The position numbers were made by a program, and so were the translations under genes. Source: an uncultured Lachnospiraceae bacterium (lineage in GTDB: Bacteria > Bacillota > Clostridia > Lachnospirales > Lachnospiraceae). Taken from it: a stretch of 64,000 nucleotides of DNA. Location: contig CACZIO010000001.1 in NCBI GenBank assembly GCA_902781215.1, forward strand, positions 57,307 to 121,306. The letters are read 5' to 3'. Numbering within the stretch: the first letter of the stretch is position 1; the number at the start of each line of letters is the position of its first letter. The notes beneath the pieces were generated by a model, which saw nothing but the letters and a program-made list of their open reading frames with translations, was not told the DNA's origin and searched no databases. Positions 1 to 8,630 of this stretch are shown here, in pieces.

Positions 1-582
1 TACAAGGAACTCATGGAGCGCTACACCTTCCTCAAGGGCCAGCACGACGACCTCACGGAGGCGGCTGCCTCCCTGGAGAAGATCGTGACGGAACTGGACG
101 AGGCCATGCGCAGGCAGTTCCGTCAGCAGTTCGCGGATATCCAGAAGGCTTTTGACCGTGTCTTCAAGGAGCTCTTCGGCGGCGGCCAGGGCCAGCTGGA
201 GCTCCTGGAGGATGCCGACATCCTCGAGGCCGGCGTCCGCGTCATCGCCCAGCCGCCCGGCAAAAAGCTTCAGAACATGATGCAGCTGTCCGGCGGCGAG
301 AAGGCCCTGACCGCGATCGCCCTGCTGTTCGCGATCCAGAGCCTCAAGCCCTCTCCCTTCTGCCTCCTCGACGAGATCGAGGCGGCCCTGGACGAGAGCA
401 ATGTCGGGCGCTTTGCCCAGTACCTGCACAACCTGACGCAGAGCACCCAGTTTATCGTCATCACCCACCGCCGCGGGACCATGGAGCAGGCGGACCGGCT
501 CTACGGCATCACCATGCAGGAGAAGGGTATTTCCGCCATGGTCAGCGTCGACCTCATCGATGACAAGGATATTGCGGACTGA
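1..582 (+). CDS. smc: Chromosome segregation protein SMC, C-terminal ATPase head (5'-partial)
   Basis: Frame open from base 1; LSGGEKAL signature, LLDEIEAALD Walker B/D-loop, ITHR H-loop; directly upstream of ftsY. Confidence 0.97.
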   Translation, partial: YKELMERYTFLKGQHDDLTEAAASLEKIVTELDEAMRRQFRQQFADIQKAFDRVFKELFGGGQGQLELLEDADILEAGVRVIAQPPGKKLQNMMQLSGGEKALTAIALLFAIQSLKPSPFCLLDEIEAALDESNVGRFAQYLHNLTQSTQFIVITHRRGTMEQADRLYGITMQEKGISAMVSVDLIDDKDIAD

Positions 583-628
583 GACGGCGTGACCGGACAG
601 ACAAAGAATATAATGAAGGAGCAGATGT

Positions 629-1543
629 ATGGGCTTTTTTGAAAAACTCAAGGCCGGACTGAAAAAAACCAGGGACAACTTCACGGACGGCATGGATCAG
701 ATCTTCAATTCCTATGAGAAGGTGACGGAAGATTTCTATGACGAGCTGGAAGAGACCATGATCATGGGCGACATCGGCGTGCGCACGACCGAGGAACTCC
801 TGGACCACCTGCGGGAGGAGGTACGCGCCGAGCGGATCCGCTATGCGGCGGACTGCCGCCAGGAGCTGATCCTGGGCATCCGCAACCGCATGAAGCAGGG
901 GAAGGACGCCTATGACTTTGAGCAGGGCCCCGCCGTGGTCCTGGTGATCGGCGTCAACGGCGTCGGCAAGACGACCTCGATCGGCAAGCTGGCCGCCAAC
1001 TACAAGCGCCAGGGCAAGCGCGTCCTGATCGCCTCCGCCGACACCTTTCGCGCGGCCGCCAATGAACAGCTCACGGAATGGGCCCGCCGCGCCGGCGTCG
1101 ACATCATCGGCGGCGCAGAGGGGTCCGACCCCGCCAGCGTGGTCTACGACGCCGTCCAGGCGGCCAAGGCCAGGAAGATCGACATCCTCCTGTGCGACAC
1201 GGCGGGCCGCCTGCATAATAAGAAGAACCTCATGAACGAGCTGTCCAAGATCGACCGCATCATCACCCGGGAGTTCCCGGACTGCTATCGCGAGAACTGG
1301 GTCGTCCTGGACGCGGCCACCGGCCAGAACGCCATCTCCCAGGCCCGCGAGTTTGCCTCCGTGACCAACCTCACCGGCATTGTCCTGACCAAGATGGACG
1401 GGACGGCCAAGGGCGGCATCGCCATCGGCGTCCAGTCCGAGGTCGGCGTCCCGGTCAAGTTCATCGGTGTCGGAGAGAAGATCGAAGACCTGCAGCGGTT
1501 CAACCCGGATGAGTATGTGGATGCGCTGTTCTACAGGGACTGA
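629..1543 (+). CDS. ftsY: SRP receptor FtsY (short form, no acidic N-domain)
   Basis: GVNGVGKTT, DTFRAAA, DTAGR and TKMDGTAKGG SRP-GTPase motifs. Confidence 0.98.
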   Translation: MGFFEKLKAGLKKTRDNFTDGMDQIFNSYEKVTEDFYDELEETMIMGDIGVRTTEELLDHLREEVRAERIRYAADCRQELILGIRNRMKQGKDAYDFEQGPAVVLVIGVNGVGKTTSIGKLAANYKRQGKRVLIASADTFRAAANEQLTEWARRAGVDIIGGAEGSDPASVVYDAVQAAKARKIDILLCDTAGRLHNKKNLMNELSKIDRIITREFPDCYRENWVVLDAATGQNAISQAREFASVTNLTGIVLTKMDGTAKGGIAIGVQSEVGVPVKFIGVGEKIEDLQRFNPDEYVDALFYRD

Positions 1544-1552
1544 AGCAGCCCG

Positions 1553-1854
1553 CCTCATTGTTAGAGACTCAGTGACGGACTTGCGGCTGCACCTCTCTGC
1601 TCGTTCAGGAGTTCGTCGTCAAGATGTACTAAGCCGGAAAACGGGCTCCAGGAGTGCCGCTTTAACTCGTATCCCGTGTTGAAGACACGGGATACTCAGA
1701 CAGGCGATGCGCTAAAATGCCCGGCCGAGAGGGCCGTGCATTTTACCCTCCCTCCGCCCGTTTTCCGGCAAGTACATCTAAGACTCCGCCCTATTCACTC
1801 GCCAGAGAGGTGCAGTCCTCAGTCCTGACTGTCGCTCCGTCAATGAAAGTGAGG
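1553..1854. ncRNA. Candidate structured ncRNA: long rod with central bubble and branched tip; 6S RNA-like, strand uncertain
   Basis: Nested complementary arms 1587-1599/1803-1815 (13 bp), 1622-1630/1771-1779 (9 bp) and 1633-1646/1756-1769 (14 bp); apical hairpins 1669-1695 and 1713-1745; no credible ORF. Confidence 0.5.
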
Positions 1855-1917
1855 ATTAACCCTAAGTAGCGCCAATAATCCTTATAGATATGCATTTGAA
1901 AGAAAGAGAGAACCACC

Positions 1918-3165
1918 ATGTCAGAAAGAGCAACAACAAAACTGACAGAGGCGCCCCTCACCCTGAAAAAGTTCGAGGAGGCCTGCGAAGCCGTCAACCG
2001 TGTGACCCTGGACACAGAACTGATCTATTCGGATTATTTCAGCGAGCAGACCGGGGGAAAGGTCTATCTCAAGCCCGAGAATATGCAGAGAACCGGCGCC
2101 TACAAGGTGCGCGGGGCCTACTACAAGATCAGCACGCTGTCGGAGGAGGCGCGGGCCAGAGGCCTGATCACGGCGTCCGCCGGCAACCACGCCCAGGGCG
2201 TGGCCTATGCGGCGCGGGAGTTCGGGGCCAGGGCGGTGATCGTCATGCCCACGACGACGCCCCTGATCAAGGTCAACCGGACCAAGGCGCTGGGCGCCGA
2301 GGTCGTCCTGCACGGCGATGTCTATGACGATGCCGAGGCGCACGCGCATGCCCTGGCCCAGGAGCACGGCTATACCTTTATCCATCCCTTTGACGATCCG
2401 GACGTCGCGACCGGTCAGGGGACGATCGCCATGGAGATCATCAAGGACCTGCCGCTGGTGGACATCATCCTGGTCCCTGTCGGCGGAGGCGGCCTGGCGA
2501 CGGGCGTCTCGACGCTTGCCAAGCTCCTCAAGCCCAATGTGAAGGTGATCGCGGTGGAGCCTGAGGGGGCGGCCTGCCTCAAGGCCTCCCTGGAGGCGGG
2601 GGAGGTCGTCACGCTTCCCCAGGTCAATACGATCGCGGACGGCACGGCGGTCAAGACGCCGGGCAGCAGGATCTTCCCTTATCTGCAGCAGAACCTGGAT
2701 GAAGTCATCACGGTCCCCGACCAGGAGCTGGTCACGGCCTTCCTGGACATGGTCGAGAACCACAAGATGGTGGTCGAGAACTCCGGCCTTCTGACCGTGG
2801 CGGCCCTCCGCCACATCGACGGCCGGGACAAGAAGGTGGTCAGTGTCCTGAGCGGCGGCAATATGGACGTCATCACCATGTCGTCGGTCGTCCAGCAGGG
2901 CCTGATCCTGCGCGACAGGATCTTTACGGTCTCCGTCCTGCTGCCTGACAAGCCGGGCGAGCTGCACCGGGTATCCGGCCTGATCGCGGATGTCAACGGC
3001 AATGTCATCAAGCTCGAGCACAACCAGTTCGTGACCATCAACCGCAACGCGGCCGTCGAGCTCCGCATTACTCTCGAGGCCTTCGGGACAGCCCACAAAA
3101 AGCAGATCATCTCGGTCCTTGAGGAGAACGGCTACAGGCCGCGCCTGGTCAGGACCCGGAGCTGA
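1918..3165 (+). CDS. ilvA: Threonine ammonia-lyase (PLP-dependent) with C-terminal ACT domain
   Basis: ENMQRTGAYKVRGA PLP-lysine motif, SAGNHAQG, VGGGGL, LSGGN, C-terminal ACT (PDKPGEL). Confidence 0.95.
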   Translation: MSERATTKLTEAPLTLKKFEEACEAVNRVTLDTELIYSDYFSEQTGGKVYLKPENMQRTGAYKVRGAYYKISTLSEEARARGLITASAGNHAQGVAYAAREFGARAVIVMPTTTPLIKVNRTKALGAEVVLHGDVYDDAEAHAHALAQEHGYTFIHPFDDPDVATGQGTIAMEIIKDLPLVDIILVPVGGGGLATGVSTLAKLLKPNVKVIAVEPEGAACLKASLEAGEVVTLPQVNTIADGTAVKTPGSRIFPYLQQNLDEVITVPDQELVTAFLDMVENHKMVVENSGLLTVAALRHIDGRDKKVVSVLSGGNMDVITMSSVVQQGLILRDRIFTVSVLLPDKPGELHRVSGLIADVNGNVIKLEHNQFVTINRNAAVELRITLEAFGTAHKKQIISVLEENGYRPRLVRTRS

Positions 3166-3293
3166 ACCTGCCTCCTGCCCCCGGCTCTGCGGGCGGAGCG
3201 CTGCAGGCGGGATGCGCCGGATCAGCGTAAAAGCCCAAGGGCGGGGATGGCCCTGGAAATTCAGGTACAGTCGCATCGTGATGAGAGGTTTTC

Positions 3294-4364
3294 ATGAATC
3301 AGAAATCCAGACAGAACCCGAATCAGAAAAAAGAAACAGGTGAAGGTTCAAAACAGCGCCACACGCTGTATTTTGTCAACATCATTTTCATGAGCTGTCT
3401 GACCATCCTGTCCCTCCTGGTCGCCCTGATCGCCATCATTTCTCTGAGGGCCAAGGGAACAAGGGGATTCGGCAAGGTATACACGGAGCAGCAGATCGAG
3501 AACATCCGCAGGGATGCGGCGGAGGATGGAGAGGAGGAGCTGCGCCTCCGGATCCGGTCCTCACTGGAATCGGGAAAGAGCTCCGCGCAGGTGCTGAGAG
3601 AACTGTTTGACGACAACATCGTCGTTGTCTTCCGGGGCAGATATTTCTTTTATCCGGTCTCGGACAAGATCGAAAAGACGGTTCTTGAGCCGGGACTTCT
3701 GACCTATGAGGACGGCGAGGTCTCCTATACCGGGGAGACTCCTTCCCTGGAGATCCGGCAGGGGGTGCTGCTGTCAGACCACAACGGCAAGGTCGACTGG
3801 GACCGCCTGGGCGACAGCGGGGTCGCGGAGGTGACCCTTGCCGCAGGGACGATCACGGAGAGCGGCTTTACCGCGGACCAGCAGTTTGAGCGGAACCGCA
3901 GCAATGCCATGGACAGGGATCTGCCTTACGCAATATGCCTGGAGGTCTCGGGGCCTGCCGGCGGGGACGTGATGCAGGAAGCCATGGATACCATCAGGGA
4001 GCAGGTCGGGGACCAGGAGGACAAGCCGGACCTGGTCCTGCGGCTGCGGCCGAGAGAGGATTTCCAGGCTGACGGGAAGGAGAAGGAGGTCTGGACCGGG
4101 ATGGTCCGGAGTTTCTGTGAAATGCTGGAGGATGAGGGGATGACCCCCGTGATCGGGGCGGATCCCTATACCTTCGCCGCCAAGATCGACCTGGAGGAGG
4201 TCAGTCAGTATGAGCGCTGGCTGATCGACCACGATGAGGCCGTCACCTTCCCCTACAGCTTCGCGATCTGGGAATACAGCTCGGAAGCCGGCATGGAGGG
4301 TGTCCCGGGCAACAGCATCATGTATTCCAGACTGGATATGAAGGGAACGCTCGATATCCGGTGA
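3294..4364 (+). CDS. Membrane-anchored GH25 (lysozyme-like) fold protein, catalytic acids apparently lost
   Basis: N-terminal TM helix; GVLLSDHNGKVDW resembles GH25 GIDVSxxQGxIDW; FAIWEYS resembles the C-terminal WQYS. Confidence 0.65.
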   Translation: MNQKSRQNPNQKKETGEGSKQRHTLYFVNIIFMSCLTILSLLVALIAIISLRAKGTRGFGKVYTEQQIENIRRDAAEDGEEELRLRIRSSLESGKSSAQVLRELFDDNIVVVFRGRYFFYPVSDKIEKTVLEPGLLTYEDGEVSYTGETPSLEIRQGVLLSDHNGKVDWDRLGDSGVAEVTLAAGTITESGFTADQQFERNRSNAMDRDLPYAICLEVSGPAGGDVMQEAMDTIREQVGDQEDKPDLVLRLRPREDFQADGKEKEVWTGMVRSFCEMLEDEGMTPVIGADPYTFAAKIDLEEVSQYERWLIDHDEAVTFPYSFAIWEYSSEAGMEGVPGNSIMYSRLDMKGTLDIR

Positions 4365-4417
4365 TCGTCATGTGCGGTCCGTCCGCCGGGCAGATCCGGC
4401 GGGGCGCACAGAACGCT

Positions 4418-4457
4418 GCAGTCCACTCCTTTCCGGGGATGTGGACTGTATTTTTTT
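4418..4457 (+). terminator. Intrinsic terminator after the GH25-like gene
   Basis: gcagtccac...gtggactgt stem followed by attttttt. Confidence 0.7.
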
Positions 4458-4506
4458 GCAGAGCTGTTTTTTTTACAAATATTTATGGCAGGTCAAGAAA
4501 ATTTGC

Positions 4507-4535
4507 TTGACAAGCTCATCCCGCACCGTTACAAT
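4507..4535 (+). promoter_or_regulatory. Sigma-A promoter for ylxM-ffh
   Basis: TTGACA-17 nt-TACAAT. Confidence 0.85.
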
Positions 4536-4544
4536 ACGTCAGGT

Positions 4545-4886
4545 ATGGAAAAAATTGTCGAACAGGGGCTGCTCTATGATTTTTACGGACAGCTTCTCAC
4601 TGCACATCAGCAGAAAATCTACGAGCTGGCCGTCTATGAAAATCTCTCCTACAATGAGATCGCGGAGCAGGAGGGGATCAGCCGCCAGGCAGTGCACGAT
4701 CTTGTCCGCAGGACAACGGCGCTGATGCAGAGGTATGAGGAAACGCTGGGCATGATCCGCCGCTTCCGGGACCTGCGGGAGGCCGCGGACAGGCTCTGTG
4801 AGGCAGCCGGTGCGGCGACCGGCCGCGAGGAGCTCGCGGCGCAGGTGCGCGCCATCGCACAGCAGATCCGCGACGATCTGGAATGA
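4545..4886 (+). CDS. ylxM: YlxM family putative SRP regulator (HTH)
   Basis: LLYDFYGQLLTAHQQ...LSYNEIAEQEGISRQAVHD; directly upstream of ffh; start moved to the ATG downstream of the promoter. Confidence 0.93.
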   Translation: MEKIVEQGLLYDFYGQLLTAHQQKIYELAVYENLSYNEIAEQEGISRQAVHDLVRRTTALMQRYEETLGMIRRFRDLREAADRLCEAAGAATGREELAAQVRAIAQQIRDDLE

Positions 4887-4903
4887 CGAAAGGAGCTGAT
4901 TGA

Positions 4904-6295
4904 ATGGCTTTTGAGAGTCTGACAGACAAACTGAATCAGGTGTTCCGGAATCTGAGCGGCAAGGGACGTCTCACGGAGGCCGATGTCAAGACGGCCATGC
5001 GCGAGGTCAAGATGGCCCTGCTCGAAGCGGATGTCAACTTCAAGGTCGTCAAGAAGTTTGTCGCCTCGGTTGAGGAGCGGGCGATTGGCGCCGATGTCAT
5101 GAACGGCCTCAATCCCGGCCAGATGGTCATCAAGATCGTCAACGAGGAGATGACCGGGCTGATGGGATCGGAGACCACCGAGCTCACACTGGAGCCGGGC
5201 AGGGACGCCACGGTGATCATGATGGCGGGTCTGCAGGGTGCAGGTAAGACGACCACAGCCGCCAAGCTCGCCGGAAAATTCAAGTCCAAGGGCAGAAAGC
5301 CCCTGCTGGTCGCGCTCGATGTCTACCGGCCTGCCGCCATCAAACAGCTCCAGGTCAACGGCGAAAAGCAGGGCGTCGATGTCTTCGCCATGGAGGACGG
5401 GACCAGACCCGCCGCCATCGCAGAGGCCGCCATGCGGCACGCCAGGGAAAACGGCGAGACGGTCGTCATCCTGGATACCGCCGGCCGTCTGCAGATCGAT
5501 GAGGCGATGATGGACGAGCTCGCGCAGATCAAGGAAGCGGTGACAGTCCACCACACGGTCCTGGTCGTCGATGCCATGACCGGCCAGGAGGCGGTCAACG
5601 TGGCAAAGACCTTCGACGAGAAGGTCGGCGTCGACGGCGTGATCCTGACCAAGATGGACGGCGACACCCGCGGCGGTGCGGCGCTCTCCATCCGGGCAGT
5701 GACCGGCAAGCCCATCCTCTATGTCGGTATGGGCGAGAAGCTCTCCGACATCGAACAGTTCTATCCGGACCGAATGGCCGGCAGGATCCTGGGCATGGGC
5801 GACGTGCTCACCCTGATCGACAAGGCCCAGGAGGCTCTGGACAAGGAGGACGAGGAAAAGAGCCGCGACATGGCCAGCCGCGTCCGCAAGGGCAAGTTCG
5901 ATTTCAACGACTACCTCGAGAGCATGAAGCAGATGCGCAAGATGGGCGGTATGAGCAGTATCCTGTCCATGCTTCCGGGCCTCGGCATGAGCCGGGACAT
6001 GCTCGAGGGCGCCATCGATGAGAAGCAGCTCAAACAGACGGAGGCCATCATCCTGAGCATGACCCCGCAGGAGCGCTCCAATCCCAAGCTCCTGAACCCC
6101 CAGCGCAAGTTCAGGATCGCCAAAGGATCCGGCTGTGACATCGCCACCGTCAACCGCTTCATCAAGCAGTTCAATCAGATGCAGAAGATGATGAAGCAGA
6201 TGGGCGGCATGGGCGGACGCCGCAGGGGCAGGAACCCCTTCGGAGGCCTGATGGGCGGCGGTATGCCGGGCCGGAGAGGCGGCTTCCCCTTTTAA
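4904..6295 (+). CDS. ffh: Signal recognition particle protein Ffh
   Basis: GLQGAGKTT, DTAGRL, TKMDGDTRGG; Met-rich M domain. Confidence 0.98.
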   Translation: MAFESLTDKLNQVFRNLSGKGRLTEADVKTAMREVKMALLEADVNFKVVKKFVASVEERAIGADVMNGLNPGQMVIKIVNEEMTGLMGSETTELTLEPGRDATVIMMAGLQGAGKTTTAAKLAGKFKSKGRKPLLVALDVYRPAAIKQLQVNGEKQGVDVFAMEDGTRPAAIAEAAMRHARENGETVVILDTAGRLQIDEAMMDELAQIKEAVTVHHTVLVVDAMTGQEAVNVAKTFDEKVGVDGVILTKMDGDTRGGAALSIRAVTGKPILYVGMGEKLSDIEQFYPDRMAGRILGMGDVLTLIDKAQEALDKEDEEKSRDMASRVRKGKFDFNDYLESMKQMRKMGGMSSILSMLPGLGMSRDMLEGAIDEKQLKQTEAIILSMTPQERSNPKLLNPQRKFRIAKGSGCDIATVNRFIKQFNQMQKMMKQMGGMGGRRRGRNPFGGLMGGGMPGRRGGFPF

Positions 6296-6516
6296 AAGGT
6301 TTCAGGCGGCAGACCGGCCGCTTGACATAGATGACAGTTCAACTCTGATCGGTTCCACCGGGGCAGCCGTTCCGGTGCTTGAATAGCCGCAGTCCGTCGC
6401 GCACGGGCGGCACAGCGCTGAATCTGTTTCAAAAACGCTAACAAGCAGCTGAAAACCTAACAGTCAAAAAGAAAAAGAGCCGGCACAGCCGGCAGATCCA
6501 TGAGGAGGAAAGAAAA

Positions 6517-6759
6517 ATGGCAGTAAAAATCAGACTTACAAGAATCGGTGAGAAGAAGGTCCCGCTTTACAGGATCGTCGTTGCGGATGCTTCCACCCCC
6601 AGGGACGGCAGAGCAATCGACACCATCGGACACTACAACCCCAACACCGATCCCGGCACTGTTGATGTCGATGTCGAGGCAGCAAAGAAGTGGCTCAGCA
6701 ATGGCGCACAGCCCACAACGGTCGTCAAAAAACTGTTCAAGCAGGCCGGTATTAAATAA
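6517..6759 (+). CDS. rpsP: 30S ribosomal protein S16
   Basis: [24 protein letters not shown]...PRDGR; strong GAGGAGG RBS. Confidence 0.98.
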   Translation: MAVKIRLTRIGEKKVPLYRIVVADASTPRDGRAIDTIGHYNPNTDPGTVDVDVEAAKKWLSNGAQPTTVVKKLFKQAGIK

Positions 6760-6845
6760 GAATGCATTGACATCGTGTTCTTCATTTATCACCAGCCAGA
6801 GAGTACGAGGCGGCAGCAGGCTGCCGGCTCCGAGAAGGATTGTCT

Positions 6846-7073
6846 ATGAAAGAATTGGTTGAAGTGATTGCGAAGGCGCTGGTGGATCATCCCGAGGAAG
6901 TGGTCGTGACCGAGAAAAAAGAGGGCAGGAACATTCGGGTACAGCTCCACGTGGCACCTTCGGACATGGGAAAGGTGATCGGAAGACAGGGCAGGATCGC
7001 CAGGGCGATCAGGTCTGTCGTGAAGGCCGCCTCCTCCCAGGAGGACTACCGGATCGATGTGGACATCGATTGA
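6846..7073 (+). CDS. khpA: KH-domain RNA-binding protein KhpA
   Basis: MKELVEVIAKALVDHP...DMGKVIGRQGRIARAIR; between rpsP and rimM. Confidence 0.95.
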   Translation: MKELVEVIAKALVDHPEEVVVTEKKEGRNIRVQLHVAPSDMGKVIGRQGRIARAIRSVVKAASSQEDYRIDVDID

Positions 7074-7083
7074 GTCAGGATAA

Positions 7084-7116
7084 AATAAGGGCGGCGTAAT
7101 CAGCCGCCCTTTTATT
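7084..7116 (+). terminator. Intrinsic terminator between khpA and rimM
   Basis: agggcggc/gccgccct stem flanked by aataa and tttatt. Confidence 0.75.
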
Positions 7117-7152
7117 CGCTTTAAAGAAAACGGGGGACCATACCGCAGATAT

Positions 7153-7677
7153 ATGGACAGAGAATTGACAGAACGTTTTCAGGTCGGCGTGATCGCATCG
7201 ACCCATGGCCTCCGCGGGGAGGTCAAGGTCTTTCCGACGACGCAGTTTCCCGACCGCTTTCTGGATCTGGAGGATGTGATCCTGGTGACTCCGAGGGAGG
7301 AGCGCCGTCTGGTGATCCGGAGTGTGAAGTTCTTTAAAAAATTCGTGATCCTCGGCTTCGAGGGACTGGACCGCATCGAGGATGTGGAGAAACTCCGCGG
7401 CTTTTCGCTCGAGATCGACAGAGAGGACGCCATTCCTCTCGAGGAGGACGAATACTATGTGGCGGACCTGATCGGGATCCGGGTCCTGACGCAGGAAGGG
7501 GTCCAGATCGGCACCTTCCGCGATGTGATTGAGACCGGCGCAAATGACGTCTATGCGGTCGCAAGGCCCGGGCAGAAAGACCTGCTCCTTCCGGCGATCG
7601 ACGACTGCATCCTGGAGGTCAGACCTGAAGAGGGGTATATGACCGTCTATATCATGCCGGGACTGGAGGATCTCTGA
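7153..7677 (+). CDS. rimM: Ribosome maturation factor RimM
   Basis: VGVIASTHGLRGEVKV, EYYVADLIG, ETGANDVY. Confidence 0.97.
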   Translation: MDRELTERFQVGVIASTHGLRGEVKVFPTTQFPDRFLDLEDVILVTPREERRLVIRSVKFFKKFVILGFEGLDRIEDVEKLRGFSLEIDREDAIPLEEDEYYVADLIGIRVLTQEGVQIGTFRDVIETGANDVYAVARPGQKDLLLPAIDDCILEVRPEEGYMTVYIMPGLEDL

Positions 7678-8630
7678 TGCGCTTTCATGTGCTGACGCTT
7701 TTTCCGGGTATGGTCACGGACGCGCTCGGAGAGAGCATCCTCGGGCGGGCGGCGCAGAAGGGGCTTGTCGAGGTCAGTGCGGTGGATATCCGCGCCTTTA
7801 CGCAGAACAGGCATAACAGAGTCGATGATTATACCTATGGAGGCGGGGCCGGCATGCTGATGCAGGCGCAGCCTGTTTTTGATTGCTGCGAAGCAGTGCA
7901 GGAACAGGTCGCCGCCAGACAGCAGCGCAGGGCCAGGGTCCTGTACATGTCACCGCGGGGCAGGATCTTCGACCAGCGGATGGCGCAGGAGCTGGCCGCC
8001 GAACCTGAGCTGATCCTTCTGTGCGGACACTATGAGGGGATCGATGCGCGCGCCCTGGAGGAACTGGGGGTCGAGGAGGTCTCGATCGGCGATTTCGTCC
8101 TGACCGGCGGTGAGCTGCCGGCCATGGTCATCATCGATGCCGTGTCCCGCATGATCCCCGGGGTCCTGGGGAACAACGATTCCGCCGACACGGACTCCTT
8201 TATGAACGGGCTGCTGGAGTATCCGCAGTATTCCAGGCCGGCCGTCTGGCGCGGCATGGAAGTGCCGCAGGTCCTGCTCTCGGGCGACCATGCCCGCGTC
8301 GAGGAATGGCGCTTTGAACAGTCACTGGCGGTGACCCTGCAGAAGCGCCCCGACCTCTATGAGAAATTCGTGCAGGACCATCCGGAGATCATGGAGGCCC
8401 GGCGCAAGAGGATCGAGCGGCGCCGGCGGCTGGAGGAAAGGCGTCTGCGGCGCGAGGAAAAGAGAAAAGCGCAGGAGCAGGAGAGGATACGACAGGAATC
8501 GTCGATCGACAGCATTTCCCGGACGGAACCCCGGCGGGGAGAGCAGATGAATAACATGCGGGAAGCCCCGAGGGACAAAAATGAAGGAAAAGAAACAACT
8601 GACCAGGATCATCAGGCGGATACGCCGTAA
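7677..8630 (+). CDS. trmD: tRNA (guanine-N1)-methyltransferase TrmD with ~85-aa C-terminal extension
   Basis: RVDDYTYGGGAGMLM, CGHYEGID, SIGDFVLTGGE, LLEYPQYSRP; overlaps the rimM stop. Confidence 0.97.
   Translation: MRFHVLTLFPGMVTDALGESILGRAAQKGLVEVSAVDIRAFTQNRHNRVDDYTYGGGAGMLMQAQPVFDCCEAVQEQVAARQQRRARVLYMSPRGRIFDQRMAQELAAEPELILLCGHYEGIDARALEELGVEEVSIGDFVLTGGELPAMVIIDAVSRMIPGVLGNNDSADTDSFMNGLLEYPQYSRPAVWRGMEVPQVLLSGDHARVEEWRFEQSLAVTLQKRPDLYEKFVQDHPEIMEARRKRIERRRRLEERRLRREEKRKAQEQERIRQESSIDSISRTEPRRGEQMNNMREAPRDKNEGKETTDQDHQADTP

Noticed and set aside
1553-1854. SRP RNA, RNase P, tmRNA, T-box, lysine/cobalamin riboswitch or hammerhead as identity of the structured element
   Set aside because: Lacks the SRP helix-8 motif, GAGGAAAGUCC, tRNA-like ends and the T-box sequence; the minus-strand CUGAGGA is not followed by stem II plus GAAA
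1921-3276. 451-aa minus-strand ORF and similar shadows over prs, der, tyrS, ilvC, pelF and xseA
   Set aside because: Each overlaps a well-supported + strand gene and has no domain signature
4492-4512. gtcaag-N8-cttgac inverted repeat over the ylxM -35 box
   Set aside because: This pattern is common at strong Firmicutes promoters; no evidence for a specific operator
6322-6350. TTGACA upstream of rpsP as a promoter
   Set aside because: No acceptable -10 hexamer at 16-18 nt spacing
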